From Pyrinomonadaceae bacterium (lineage in GTDB: Bacteria; Acidobacteriota; Blastocatellia; Pyrinomonadales; Pyrinomonadaceae), in NCBI GenBank assembly GCA_036389375.1, contig DASVQA010000076.1, positions 2,669-66,668 on the forward strand: 64,000 nucleotides of DNA, written 5' to 3'. This document shows, piece by piece, positions 46,786 to 56,415 of this stretch (its first letter is position 1; every line of letters starts with the position of its first letter). The notes beneath the pieces are model-generated. The model searched no databases and was not told the origin of the DNA. It saw only the letters and a program-made list of their open reading frames with translations. Position numbers and translations under genes: made by a program.

Positions 46786-47172
46786 ATGTCCGAGCAGACT
46801 TCAGGACAAATCGCACGTCTGACGCAGCCGACCGCACGGCAGCAGGTCTTGCTGCACGCCGTCGTCGGCTCGCTCGTGCTGTGCGCCGTGCTCGTGCCGC
46901 CGGTCTTACAACCCGGCGTGCTCGCGGCACAGGAGCAGAGCGCCGTGCGCCCTACCGCCGCCGGCCGGCGAGTCCAGCGCATCACCCCGCAGCCTGCGTG
47001 CGGCGATCAGCATTTGCGCGCTTTTCTGCGCGCCTCGACCAAGCAGCAGGCGCGCCTTGCGGTCTTGAATAACATGACCGCTTCGGCCAACGGTAAGCGT
47101 CTGGCCCTGCGGCTTGAAATGTCGCGCGAGCGGGCCGGCAACCTGCAACGACAACACCTTTCGATCCCTTAA
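46786..47172 (+). CDS. Hypothetical protein with N-terminal TM
   Basis: 128 aa with an AVVGSLVLCAVLVPPVL hydrophobic segment. No family recognised. Confidence 0.4.
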   Translation: MSEQTSGQIARLTQPTARQQVLLHAVVGSLVLCAVLVPPVLQPGVLAAQEQSAVRPTAAGRRVQRITPQPACGDQHLRAFLRASTKQQARLAVLNNMTASANGKRLALRLEMSRERAGNLQRQHLSIP

Positions 47173-47338
47173 CAACACGCCCGGACGAGCGTCCCGCACG
47201 CGCTCAGCGGTTCGCTTGCTCCACCATCCGTCGCTCACTTACAATCGCACGCTGCGCTCCTACGCGCAGACGCGCGCTATGGCGGCTATGAGTTTTCAGT
47301 CCGCCGCGCTTCGGTTTTGCAGGGAAGGTGTTTAGGTT

Positions 47339-50113
47339 ATGGGCATAGATAAATTTCTGACTAAGGTTTTCGGCAGCAGCAATCAGCGTTATCTGAAGGC
47401 GCTGCAACCGACCATCGAGCGCATCAACGAGCTTGAGGCGCAGGTCAAGCCGCTCTCGGACGATCAGATGCGAGCGCGCATCAACGAGTTTCGCGCGCAG
47501 ATCGCGCAAGCCGTCGCCGCCGCCGGCGACAAGGAAGAACGCAGACGGCGCGAGCAGGACGTGCTTGAAGAGATACTGCCGGAAGTCTTCGCGCTCGTGC
47601 GTGAGGCGTCCGTGCGCGCCACCGGCATGCGCCATTTCGACGTGCAACTCATCGGCGGCATCGCGCTCCATCAGGGCAAGATTGCCGAGATGCGGACGGG
47701 CGAAGGCAAGACGCTCGTGGCGACGCTGCCCGCCTCGCTCAATGCTTTGACGGGGCGCGGCGTCCACGTCGTTACCGTCAACGACTATCTGGCGGCGCGC
47801 GACGCCGACTGGATGGGGCGCATCTACAAGTTTCTCGGTCTCACCGTCGGCGTCATCCAGAATGACATGGACGACTGGGCGCGCAAAGACGCCTACGCCG
47901 CCGACATCACCTATGGCACGAACAACGAGTTCGGCTTCGACTATCTGCGCGACAACATGAAGTTCGACCTCGCCACCTGCGTCCAGCACGGGCATTACTT
48001 CGCCATCGTGGACGAGGTTGATTCAATCCTGATTGACGAGGCGCGCACGCCGCTCATCATCTCCGGCCCGTCCGACGAAGCGACCGACAAGTATTTCAAA
48101 GCCGACGCGATCATCCCGATGCTCAAACGCGGGCAGGAGATCGAAGAGTCGCCCGGCCACAAGAAGGTCACGGGCGATTACGTCGTGGACGAGAAGCAGC
48201 ACACGGCCGTGCTGACGGAAGAGGGCGTGGACAAGGCCGAGCGGCTCTTAGGCGTCGGCAATCTCTACGACCCGTCGAATATGGAGATGCTCCACTGCGT
48301 CGAACAGGCTTTGAAGGCGCACACGCTCTACCGACTCGATCATCAATACATCGTGCGCGACGGCGAAGTGATCATCGTGGACGAGTTCACGGGGCGCACG
48401 ATGCCGGGTCGGCGCTGGTCGGATGGTCTGCATCAAGCGGTCGAAGCGAAAGAGGGCGTGAAGATAGAGCGCGAGAACCAGACGCTCGCCACCATCACGC
48501 TGCAAAACTATTTCCGGCTCTACCAGAAACTAGCCGGCATGACCGGCACGGCCGCGACCGAAGAGGCGGAGTTCGACTCGACCTACAAACTGCAAGTCGC
48601 CATCATCCCGACGCACCGGCCGATGGTGCGCGTGGACAACCCCGATATGATCTTCCGCACGCTGCCGGAAAAGTGGGACGCGGTGATTGACGAGATCAAA
48701 GAGTGTTACGAGAAGGGGCAACCCACGCTCGTCGGCACGGTGTCGGTTGAAAACTCGGAATTGATCGCGCGCAAACTGCAACGCGCGAACGTGCCGCACA
48801 ACGTCCTCAATGCGAAGTATCACGAGCGCGAGGCCGAGATCGTCGCGCAGGCGGGGCGCAAGGGCACGGTCACGATTGCGACCAATATGGCGGGGCGTGG
48901 CACGGACATCCTCTTGGGTGGCAATCCTGAGTTCATGGCGCGCGAGTTTCTGAAGCAGGCCGAGATCGACCCGGACGAAGCGACGCCCGAACAGTTTGAA
49001 GAGGCTTTAGAGCGCGCCAAGCGTATCGTCGAAGCGGAGCATAAAGAGGTGGTCGCGGCCGGCGGCTTGCACATCATCGGCACGGAGCGGCACGAATCGC
49101 GCCGCATTGATAATCAGTTGCGCGGGCGTGCCGGTCGGCAGGGCGACCCCGGCTCGTCGCGTTTCTTTCTCTCGCTCGAAGACGATCTGATGCGTATCTT
49201 CGCGGGCGACAAGGTCAAGGCGTTGATGCAGCGGCTGGGGATGGAGCAGGGCGTCGCCATCGAGTCCAAGATGGTGTCGAAGCGCATCGAGGCGGCGCAG
49301 AAATCGGTCGAAGGGCGCAACTTCGAGACGCGCAAACACCTGCTGCAATACGACGACGTGATGAACCGGCAGCGCGAGACGATCTACGGGCTGCGCCGCC
49401 AGTTGATGGAAGAACCCGATCAGCGCGAGTTCCTGCTCGGCGACACGGGCGTGGCGCACGATCTGCTGGCCGACCTGACCGGACAATACCTGAACGCGCA
49501 AGCCGCGCCGGACGACTGGGACGTGGAGAACTACAAAATCCAGCTTCAGTCCGTCTTCGCTTTCGACGCGGACGCCGAAGGGCTGAACTTCGACAACGCG
49601 ACGGCGGGCGAGCTACAGGAGACGATCTGGCAGAAGCTGAAAGAGAAGTACGCCGAGAAAGAGGCGCAGGTTGGCGCAGAAGCGATGCGGACTTACGAGC
49701 GCATCATCATGCTCAACATCATCGATGCGCAATGGAAAGATCACCTGCTCGCGCTCGACCACTTAAAGCAGGGCATAGGTCTCGTCGGCTACGGGCAGAA
49801 AGACCCACTCGTCGAATACAAAAAGGAGAGCTTCGATCTGTTCCAAGCGATGCTCGACCGCATTGACACGTTCACCATTCGCTCGCTCTTTAACCTGCAA
49901 GTCGTCGCCGAGCAAGCGCCCGAACAACTGCAACAGCGCCGCCGCAGCCGCCCGACCTCGATGACCTTTACGGGCCCCAATCAGGGCGCAGCCGCCGCCG
50001 GGGAAGAGGCGGCGCGCACCAAGACCGTCACGCGCGATCAGCCAAAGGTCGGGCGCAACGAGCCGTGCCCGTGCGGGTCGGGCAAGAAGTTCAAGAAGTG
50101 TTGCGGCGCATAA
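47339..50113 (+). CDS. secA: Preprotein translocase ATPase SecA
   Basis: ...[26 protein letters not shown]...TVNDYLA.RD..., [10 protein letters not shown], and a C-terminal [18 protein letters not shown] motif. Confidence 0.97.
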   Translation: MGIDKFLTKVFGSSNQRYLKALQPTIERINELEAQVKPLSDDQMRARINEFRAQIAQAVAAAGDKEERRRREQDVLEEILPEVFALVREASVRATGMRHFDVQLIGGIALHQGKIAEMRTGEGKTLVATLPASLNALTGRGVHVVTVNDYLAARDADWMGRIYKFLGLTVGVIQNDMDDWARKDAYAADITYGTNNEFGFDYLRDNMKFDLATCVQHGHYFAIVDEVDSILIDEARTPLIISGPSDEATDKYFKADAIIPMLKRGQEIEESPGHKKVTGDYVVDEKQHTAVLTEEGVDKAERLLGVGNLYDPSNMEMLHCVEQALKAHTLYRLDHQYIVRDGEVIIVDEFTGRTMPGRRWSDGLHQAVEAKEGVKIERENQTLATITLQNYFRLYQKLAGMTGTAATEEAEFDSTYKLQVAIIPTHRPMVRVDNPDMIFRTLPEKWDAVIDEIKECYEKGQPTLVGTVSVENSELIARKLQRANVPHNVLNAKYHEREAEIVAQAGRKGTVTIATNMAGRGTDILLGGNPEFMAREFLKQAEIDPDEATPEQFEEALERAKRIVEAEHKEVVAAGGLHIIGTERHESRRIDNQLRGRAGRQGDPGSSRFFLSLEDDLMRIFAGDKVKALMQRLGMEQGVAIESKMVSKRIEAAQKSVEGRNFETRKHLLQYDDVMNRQRETIYGLRRQLMEEPDQREFLLGDTGVAHDLLADLTGQYLNAQAAPDDWDVENYKIQLQSVFAFDADAEGLNFDNATAGELQETIWQKLKEKYAEKEAQVGAEAMRTYERIIMLNIIDAQWKDHLLALDHLKQGIGLVGYGQKDPLVEYKKESFDLFQAMLDRIDTFTIRSLFNLQVVAEQAPEQLQQRRRSRPTSMTFTGPNQGAAAAGEEAARTKTVTRDQPKVGRNEPCPCGSGKKFKKCCGA

Positions 50114-50148
50114 AGTCTGTCCGCCGCAACACGCATGGAGGGTCGTCT

Positions 50149-50994
50149 ATGTTTAAGCCTCACGCGACCAATGCGGCGCAACGCACCGCCCTGCTGTTCC
50201 TGTTCGTGTGCCTGTCGCTCGCAGGCACACGGACAACTATCTACGCCCAACAATCACCGGCCGTCACTTTAGCCACCACTTCGACGGCCACTGCGCGCGG
50301 GCTTGAGCTATACAATCAAGGGAATTTCAAAGAAGCCATCAACGCGCTGAAGCAGGCCAGCCAGCAGCAGCGCACGGACGCAACCGCTTGGCATTTTCTC
50401 GGGCTTGCTTACCAGCAGACGGGCGATCTGAAGAACGCGCAGAAGGCGTTGGAGACGGCCCTTTACCTGCGTTTCGCGCAGTTCGCGCCCAACTCGTTCG
50501 GCGTGGACGGCAAGCAATTCGCTGACCTGAACAAAGATGAGCGCGCAGTTTTTCTCGCCGAACAGGTGCGCCGTTACCGCGCGGCTCTGCCGACGCTCGA
50601 AGCTTATCTTCAGTTGAACCCGCCGGACGCAGCCCTGTGGCGCGAACAAGCTGAGAGCCTGAAGTTTTATATCGAGCACACGGAAGCAACGGACAGCGAG
50701 CCGTATATCGCTACGCTGACGGACGGGTTAACGCGGGCGGCCATCACCTTCAAGCGGGAGCCGGAGTTCAGCGCAGAGGCCCGCCGGTACAATATCACCG
50801 GCGAAGTCACACTACGCATGGTGCTCGCAGCCGACGGCACGGTGCAGCACATCCTTGTGGTCAAGCCGCTGCCCTATGGCTTGATCGAACAGTGCATCGA
50901 GGCGGCCCGCGCCATGCGCTTCAACCCGGCCATAAAGGACGGCCGCCCCGTCGCGCAATACACGTCCGTCACATACCATTTCTACATCTACTGA
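50149..50994 (+). CDS. TPR plus TonB C-terminal-domain protein
   Basis: Signal peptide; TPRs (AWHFLGLAYQQTGDLKNAQKALETAL); C-terminal ...PEFSAEARRYNITGEVTLRMVLAADGTVQHILVVKPLPYGL..........FNPAIKDGRPV. Confidence 0.75.
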   Translation: MFKPHATNAAQRTALLFLFVCLSLAGTRTTIYAQQSPAVTLATTSTATARGLELYNQGNFKEAINALKQASQQQRTDATAWHFLGLAYQQTGDLKNAQKALETALYLRFAQFAPNSFGVDGKQFADLNKDERAVFLAEQVRRYRAALPTLEAYLQLNPPDAALWREQAESLKFYIEHTEATDSEPYIATLTDGLTRAAITFKREPEFSAEARRYNITGEVTLRMVLAADGTVQHILVVKPLPYGLIEQCIEAARAMRFNPAIKDGRPVAQYTSVTYHFYIY

Positions 50995-51062
50995 CGGCGT
51001 GCCCGTGTGCGCCGTGTTAAGAACGCGCAGGTCGCCGGCCCCCGCGCTGCTGCTTTCACCCT

Positions 51063-52274
51063 TTGAGTACGAACACCACGTCAACTAACCCGGTCGTGCA
51101 AGCCATCGTGGCGGGCACAGCGCCGACGGCTGCGCGCCTGATGGCCGCGCGCGGCATGTTGCCGCTCGCGCAGACCGAACTGCTGGAAGTGCTTGTCGCG
51201 CTCAGCGCCGATAGCGACGAAGGGATCGCGCAGGCGGCCGGCGAGACGCTCGCCGCGCAAGAGTCGCCCGTGCTCGTCGAGGCCGCCACGGCCGCCGATA
51301 CGCCGCCCGCCGTGCTTGCGTATCTCGCGCGCCGCGAGCGGGCCGAGCGCGCCGTCCACGAAGCGGTGGCACTCAATCATCACACGCCCGACGACGCCAT
51401 CGCCGCGCTCGCCGCCGCGACGCCTGACAGTTCGCTCCTCGAACTCATCACGATCAACCAGCAGCGCCTCATTCGCGCGCCCGCGATCATTGACGCAGTG
51501 CTCGCCAATCCGGCGCGCACACACGAAGCCGAGCGCCGCGTGCGCGAAGTCCGCCGCGAGTTCTTCGAGAAGGAGCGCGGCGCACAGCAGATCGCCGCCG
51601 AGATGCGTGCGCGCGGCGCAAGCGCGGCGGCCGAGTTCTTCGAGCAAGCCGAGTCGGTCGGCGGCGTCGGCGGGCTGACGGTCGAAGACGCCTGGCTCAT
51701 CGCCGAGCACATCGAGGTCGCGGACGCAGACATTGACGACTCTTGGCTACCGCTCGAACGCTTGGAGGAAATTTTTGCCGAGAGCGATGAGCAGCGCATC
51801 GCCAACGCAGAGCGCGTGCTGGCGGAAGCGGCGGCCGAAGCCAGTGAGGTCGCACCCGAACGCATCTCGCTCATCCGGCGCATCATGCTGATGTCCGTCA
51901 AGGATCGCGTGAAGCTGGCGATGAAAGGCGACCGCGAGACGCGCGGCATTCTTATCCGCGACTCCAACAAGGTCGTCGCCACCGGCGTCATCAGCAATCC
52001 GCGCATCACCGATCAGGAAGTGGAGAACATCGCCTCGATGCGTACCGTCTCGGACGAAGTCCTGCGGATCATCGGGATGAACCGCGCCTGGACGCGCTCT
52101 TATCCCATCATCCATAACCTCGCGCGCAATCCGCGCACGCCCCTCGCCGTCGCCATCACCATCCTGACCCGCATCCAGACGCGCGACCTTCAACAACTCT
52201 CGCAGAATCGCAACGTCTCCGACGCCGTCCGCCGCCAGGCCCAACGCCTCCTGCACATGCGCGGCGGACGCTGA
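51063..52274 (+). CDS. Hypothetical helical-repeat protein (leucine-rich-repeat-variant-like NPxxP repeats)
   Basis: TTG start; repeated NP(A/R)xT... segments (LANPARTHEA, ISNPRITDQE, ARNPRTPLAV). No firm family. Confidence 0.55.
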   Translation: MSTNTTSTNPVVQAIVAGTAPTAARLMAARGMLPLAQTELLEVLVALSADSDEGIAQAAGETLAAQESPVLVEAATAADTPPAVLAYLARRERAERAVHEAVALNHHTPDDAIAALAAATPDSSLLELITINQQRLIRAPAIIDAVLANPARTHEAERRVREVRREFFEKERGAQQIAAEMRARGASAAAEFFEQAESVGGVGGLTVEDAWLIAEHIEVADADIDDSWLPLERLEEIFAESDEQRIANAERVLAEAAAEASEVAPERISLIRRIMLMSVKDRVKLAMKGDRETRGILIRDSNKVVATGVISNPRITDQEVENIASMRTVSDEVLRIIGMNRAWTRSYPIIHNLARNPRTPLAVAITILTRIQTRDLQQLSQNRNVSDAVRRQAQRLLHMRGGR

Positions 52275-52354
52275 AAAGCAGAGACGAGTGACGAGCGACG
52301 AGTTAAGGAATTTCTGCCTGCTCGTCACTCGTCACTTGGCATTCGTCACTGGCC

Positions 52355-52885
52355 TTAAAATATCTGTGAGCCTTTGCGTAGCACCGACCAGGCGACATCG
52401 GTGAGGGTGTGGCTGGCCGCGCCCCACCACAGACCGGCCAGCGCGGCGAGCAGGACGTGCAACGTGCGTCCCTGCATCAGCGCGCCCGCTTCAATCGCGC
52501 GCCATGCGCGGAGCACCGCGCTGTAATCGGCCGGCGTGCCGGCGACGAGTGTGGCGCGCAGGTAGATGGCGGCGCACACGACGAGCGTCAGCATCAGCGC
52601 GAAATAGACGACGCGGATCAGCGTGCCGAAGATGATGCCGTGCGACCAGCGCGAGCGGTGGCGAAAGAGGGCGCGGTACGGCCACCAGAGGAAACGAAAC
52701 AGACCCCAACGCGTGTACTGCCGCGACAGTATGTCGAGGTCTGGGCCGAACATCAGTCCACCGAACAGCATCGCGCCCGTCGCCGTCGCCGCCAGCAACA
52801 CGCTCCCCGTCGCGCCCCACGCCGCCGCGAAGGTCGGCGCAGCCAGCAACAAAGTGATCGCGTCGTGTGTGCGTCCCGAAGGCAT
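52355..52885 (-). CDS. Putative membrane metal-binding protein (DUF2227/COG2389-like)
   Basis: MPSGRTHDAITL...FGPDLDILS...RWG.FRFLWWPYRALFRHRSRWSHGIIFGT. Confidence 0.55.
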   Translation of the reverse strand: MPSGRTHDAITLLLAAPTFAAAWGATGSVLLAATATGAMLFGGLMFGPDLDILSRQYTRWGLFRFLWWPYRALFRHRSRWSHGIIFGTLIRVVYFALMLTLVVCAAIYLRATLVAGTPADYSAVLRAWRAIEAGALMQGRTLHVLLAALAGLWWGAASHTLTDVAWSVLRKGSQIF

Positions 52886-52966
52886 AAGAGCAGAGGTCAG
52901 AGGTCAGAGGTCAGAGGTTAGCTAAGCAATTTTGCTGCTACTGACCTCTGACCTCTGACCTCTGCT
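52886..52966. repeat. Palindromic heptad-repeat element, copy 1
   Basis: GCAGAGGTCAGAGGTCAGAGGTCAG pairs perfectly (25 bp) with CTGACCTCTGACCTCTGACCTCTGC around a central AGCAATTTTGCT mini-hairpin. Arms are built of (GAGGTCA)x3. Confidence 0.9.
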
Positions 52967-53058
52967 TATAGCATGTGCTCTCGCGGCGAGGCAAAAAGTC
53001 GTGGTTTGCCTGCCGGGCGAGCGGCACGCTACACTGTGCGCTCTTTGTTGGATTAACG

Positions 53059-54060
53059 ATGGGTAAACGCGGACGAACACAGACTTTCATGGAGTATGCC
53101 GCGACGCGCGCCCTGCTCGGCACGCTCGGCGCGCTGCCGCGCGCGGCCGCCGTCGCCGCCGGCCGCGCGCTGGGCCGGCTCGCCTACGCGTTCGGCGGCA
53201 ACCTGCGGCGCACAGGTCAGATAAATTTGCGCCTCGCTTTCCCGGACATGAACGAGCAGGAGCGGACGCGAATCCTGCGCGGCTGTTACGACAGTCTGGG
53301 GCGCACGCTCGGCGAGTTTAGCCGCTTCCCGCGCGCCACGCGTGAGAGTCTGCGCGCGATGATTGATTACGACCCGGTGGGACTCAGTCACCTGCGCGCG
53401 GCCGAGGCGGCGGGACGCGGTGTCATCTTCCTGACCGGACATCTGGGCGGTTGGGAGGTGCTCAGCTTTGGCTGGTCGGCGCTGGAATACCCGATCAACT
53501 TCATCGTGCGCCCGTTGGATAATCCGCGCGTCGAAGCGTTGATCGAAGGCATCAGGACGCGCTTCGGCAACACCGCCATCAGCAAGACTGCCGCCGCACG
53601 GCAGGCGCTCCGCGTCCTGCGTAGTGGCGGCACGCTCGGCATCCTCGCTGACCTCAACACGCAGGCCAAAGAGGGTGTGTTCGTCCCTTTCTTCGGTCAT
53701 TTGGCCTGCACAACGACGGGGGCGGCCCTGCTGGCCCTGCGCGCAGATGCTCTGGTTATCCCGACTTGCGCTGTCTGGGACAAACAGCGTGGGCGCTACT
53801 TCTTTCACGGCGACCCGCCGGTCGAACTCGTTCGCACGGGCGATGAAAAGCGCGACATCGAAATCAACACAGCAAATTTTGCCGCCGCCATCGAACGCAT
53901 GATCCGCGCTTATCCTGACCAATGGCTCTGGATTCACAAGCGCTGGCACACACGTCCCGCAGGTGAACTAAGCCCTTATCATCGGCCCTCGCCAGCCCAA
54001 GATTCGCCTCGACTTACGCTTTCAGCCACCGAAAGCGAACTTTCCAATCGTCGGCCGTAA
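53059..54060 (+). CDS. LpxL/HtrB-family lipid A (Kdo2-lipid IVA) late acyltransferase-like protein
   Basis: ...NLRLAFPDMNEQERTRILRGCYDSLGRTLGEF...FLTGHLGGWE...ILADLN...FFGHLACTTTGAALLA...YPDQWLWIHKRWHTRP. Confidence 0.8.
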   Translation: MGKRGRTQTFMEYAATRALLGTLGALPRAAAVAAGRALGRLAYAFGGNLRRTGQINLRLAFPDMNEQERTRILRGCYDSLGRTLGEFSRFPRATRESLRAMIDYDPVGLSHLRAAEAAGRGVIFLTGHLGGWEVLSFGWSALEYPINFIVRPLDNPRVEALIEGIRTRFGNTAISKTAAARQALRVLRSGGTLGILADLNTQAKEGVFVPFFGHLACTTTGAALLALRADALVIPTCAVWDKQRGRYFFHGDPPVELVRTGDEKRDIEINTANFAAAIERMIRAYPDQWLWIHKRWHTRPAGELSPYHRPSPAQDSPRLTLSATESELSNRRP

Positions 54061-54154
54061 AATCTTTCACCACCTTAAGTGTTGCAATATTAACGTTTAG
54101 CTCTATGTCAGCCGTTATGTTACGGAAGTGTGGAGAAAATTTGTAAATTAATGC

Positions 54155-54183
54155 TTGACAGTCACGAAGAGTTGGTGTAATTT
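54155..54183 (+). promoter_or_regulatory. Orphan sigma70-like promoter in an AT-rich spacer
   Basis: TTGACA (54155-60), 17 bp, TAATTT (54178-83). No convincing ORF follows on the + strand. Confidence 0.35.
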
Positions 54184-54415
54184 CCCACACGTTGATAGAC
54201 AATCAACTTCTGAACGGTCTTTGTTAATGAAAGTGGACGTTGCCGGTTCTGTGGCGGACGGTTGAGGCTTAAAGCTTTTTAAAGTTTTCTACCGCATAAC
54301 AGCAATTTTATCTCGCCCGTACCAACGCACCGCCGAACGCCGGGTCGCACGTAAGTGGCGATCTCCAGCTTAATGTCAACGCCACCCTGAATCTCCGAGC
54401 CTGCCCAAAAGTTTT

Positions 54416-54446
54416 AGCCTCGCCAGTCCCCCAAACTGGCGAGGCT
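54416..54446. terminator. Bidirectional hairpin terminator (fabG on the minus strand; possible + strand transcript)
   Basis: AGCCTCGCCAGT-cccccaa-ACTGGCGAGGCT. Followed by CCTTCTCTTTCT on the + strand and by AAAACTTTTGGG on the minus strand. Confidence 0.7.
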
Positions 54447-54511
54447 CCTTCTCTTTCTGGCCAAAATTATTCTGCGCAGCAAGCGCCGGGTCGCAAGCTA
54501 AAGCCTTGTAA

Positions 54512-55270
54512 CTACATGGCCAAGCCGCCGTCAACCTGTATGATCTGGCCTGTGATGTAGCGGGCGATGGGCGAGAGCAGGAAGCAGGCGATCTGTGCGA
54601 CCTCGTCCGGCTCTGCGAAGCGCCCGAGCGGAACCTGTTCGAGCAGTTTGGCGCGATAAGCTTCATCGAGCGCGCCGGCCATCTCGGTCGCCACCAGTCC
54701 CAACGCCAGCGCGTTGACCGTCACCTTGCGGCTCGCCACCTCTTTCGCCAGCGCCTTCGTCAAGCCGAACAGGCCAGCCTTCGATGCGGAGTAGTTCGAC
54801 TGCCCGGCCATGCCGACCACGCCGCTAACTGAAGAGATGTTCAGGACAGCGCCGCCACCCTCTTGCCTGAGCATCACGCGCAGAGCGGCGCGCGCAAAAT
54901 TCCATGCGCCCTTAAGATTCGTGTCTATGACGGCGTCCCAATCGGCCTCTTTCATGCGCAGGATCAGGTTGTCGCGCGTGATGCCGGCATTGTTGACGAG
55001 GAAATCTATGCGCCCGAAAGTATCCTTGGTCTGTTTAACCATCTCGGCGGCGGCTTCCGTGTGCGCCACGTCACACTGCGTCGCCAACACGCCGACGCCC
55101 AAAGCCTCTAGCTCACGCTTTAATTCTTCGGCCGCCTCGGCGCTCTGCGCGTAATTGAACGCGACCGATGCGCCGCGCCGCGCCAACTCCAAAGCGATGG
55201 CGCGACCGATGCCACGCGTCGCGCCCGTGACGATTGCCGCCCGCCCGGCAAAAGATTTCTCATCGCTCAA
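54512..55270 (-). CDS. fabG: 3-oxoacyl-ACP reductase
   Basis: TTG start after GGAGGA. AIVTGATRGIGRAIA..., NNAGI, SS..G..G..GQSNYSASKAG..G.TK, the classic SDR/FabG pattern. Confidence 0.9.
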   Translation of the reverse strand: MSDEKSFAGRAAIVTGATRGIGRAIALELARRGASVAFNYAQSAEAAEELKRELEALGVGVLATQCDVAHTEAAAEMVKQTKDTFGRIDFLVNNAGITRDNLILRMKEADWDAVIDTNLKGAWNFARAALRVMLRQEGGGAVLNISSVSGVVGMAGQSNYSASKAGLFGLTKALAKEVASRKVTVNALALGLVATEMAGALDEAYRAKLLEQVPLGRFAEPDEVAQIACFLLSPIARYITGQIIQVDGGLAM

Positions 55271-55286
55271 AATGTTCGTCCTCCAT

Positions 55287-55358
55287 AGAGCAGAGGTCAG
55301 AGATTAGAGGTTAGTCAGAACGGTTTTTAACTGACCTCTAATCTCTGACCTCTGCTCT
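55287..55358. repeat. Palindromic heptad-repeat element, copy 2
   Basis: AGAGCAGAGGTCAGAGATTAGAGGT pairs (25 bp) with ACCTCTAATCTCTGACCTCTGCTCT. Shares the AGAGCAGAGGTCAGAG terminus with copy 1 and abuts the galU stop codon. Confidence 0.9.
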
Positions 55359-56228
55359 CTACAGTTTCAATGATCGCAGATACTCGGTGAACGCGGGCGC
55401 GAGGTCGGGGCGCTTCAAAGCAAATTCGACGGTGGCGACGAGGAAACCGAGTTTGTCACCCGCGTCGTGACGCGTGCCCGCGAAGCGGACGGCGTAAAAG
55501 GGGCGCTTCTTCAGCAGGGCGCGCATGGCATCGGTGATCTGAATCTCACCGCCTGTGCCGCGTGGTGTCTGTTCGATCTCGGCAAAAATGTCGGGCGTCA
55601 GGATGTAGCGCCCGATGATGGCGAGGTCTGACGGCGCTTCGGCAAACGGCGGCTTCTCAACCATGTCTTTAACGCGGAAGACGCCGTCTTCGATCTCTTC
55701 GGCATCGAGCGCGCCGAAGCGCGAGATGGCTTCGCCCGCCACCTGCATCGTGCCAACTACCGGCGCGTCGTACTGCTCATAGACGCGCAGCAGTTGTTTG
55801 AGCGCGGGCACTTCGGCGTCCACGATGTCGTCCGGCAGCAGCACGGCGAACGGTTCGTCGCCGACGAAATCGCGCGCCTGATAGATGGCGTGCCCTAAGC
55901 CAAGCGGTTCGCGTTGGCGCACGTAGCTGATGCGCGCGAGTTCCGAGACGGCGCGGGCCTGCTCGAACAGTTCGGTCTTGCCGCGCGCGCGCAGCGTGTG
56001 TTCGAGTTCAAACGAGATGTCGAAGTGATCTTCAATCGCGCTCTTGTCGCGTCCCGTCACGATGAGGATCGATTCGATGCCTGACGCGACCGCCTCTTCG
56101 ACGCCGTACTGGATAAGCGGTTTATCAACGAGCGGCAGCATCTCCTTGGGCGACGCTTTGGTTGCGGGCAGGAAGCGCGTGCCGAGACCGGCGGCGGGGA
56201 AGACGGCTTTGCGAATCTTCTGCGGCAT
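55359..56228 (-). CDS. galU: UTP--glucose-1-phosphate uridylyltransferase
   Basis: KAVFPAAGLGTRFLPATKASPKEMLPLVDKPLIQY..EE...GI....VTGR.K..IEDHFD. Confidence 0.95.
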   Translation of the reverse strand: MPQKIRKAVFPAAGLGTRFLPATKASPKEMLPLVDKPLIQYGVEEAVASGIESILIVTGRDKSAIEDHFDISFELEHTLRARGKTELFEQARAVSELARISYVRQREPLGLGHAIYQARDFVGDEPFAVLLPDDIVDAEVPALKQLLRVYEQYDAPVVGTMQVAGEAISRFGALDAEEIEDGVFRVKDMVEKPPFAEAPSDLAIIGRYILTPDIFAEIEQTPRGTGGEIQITDAMRALLKKRPFYAVRFAGTRHDAGDKLGFLVATVEFALKRPDLAPAFTEYLRSLKL

Positions 56229-56415
56229 GATTAAAGGTTAGCCCCCTTGTGCGAGCAACGCGAGCCAGATAACGATTGCCGACGGCAAAGACACGAGCCG
56301 GTGCAAGCGCAAAATCGCTTCGCTTGACAGCCGCGCGTAGCGTCGGCTAGGTTGATTTTTTCGTTCACAGCAGAGTTGCGACGACTACATACCACACGTC
56401 AAAGGACGGCGGCAA

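Noticed and set aside
52886-52966. Heptad repeats considered as a possible CRISPR-like or tandem-repeat array.
   Set aside because: Only three 7-bp units per arm, arranged as a single palindrome with no spacers. There are no cas genes in the window.
54014-54202. 62-aa minus-strand ORF (MSINVWEITPTL...) in the AT-rich spacer.
   Set aside because: It has a TTG start without a Shine-Dalgarno, overlaps the 3' end of the lpxL-like gene by 47 nt, and shows no recognisable family. It is probably a chance ORF in AT-rich DNA.
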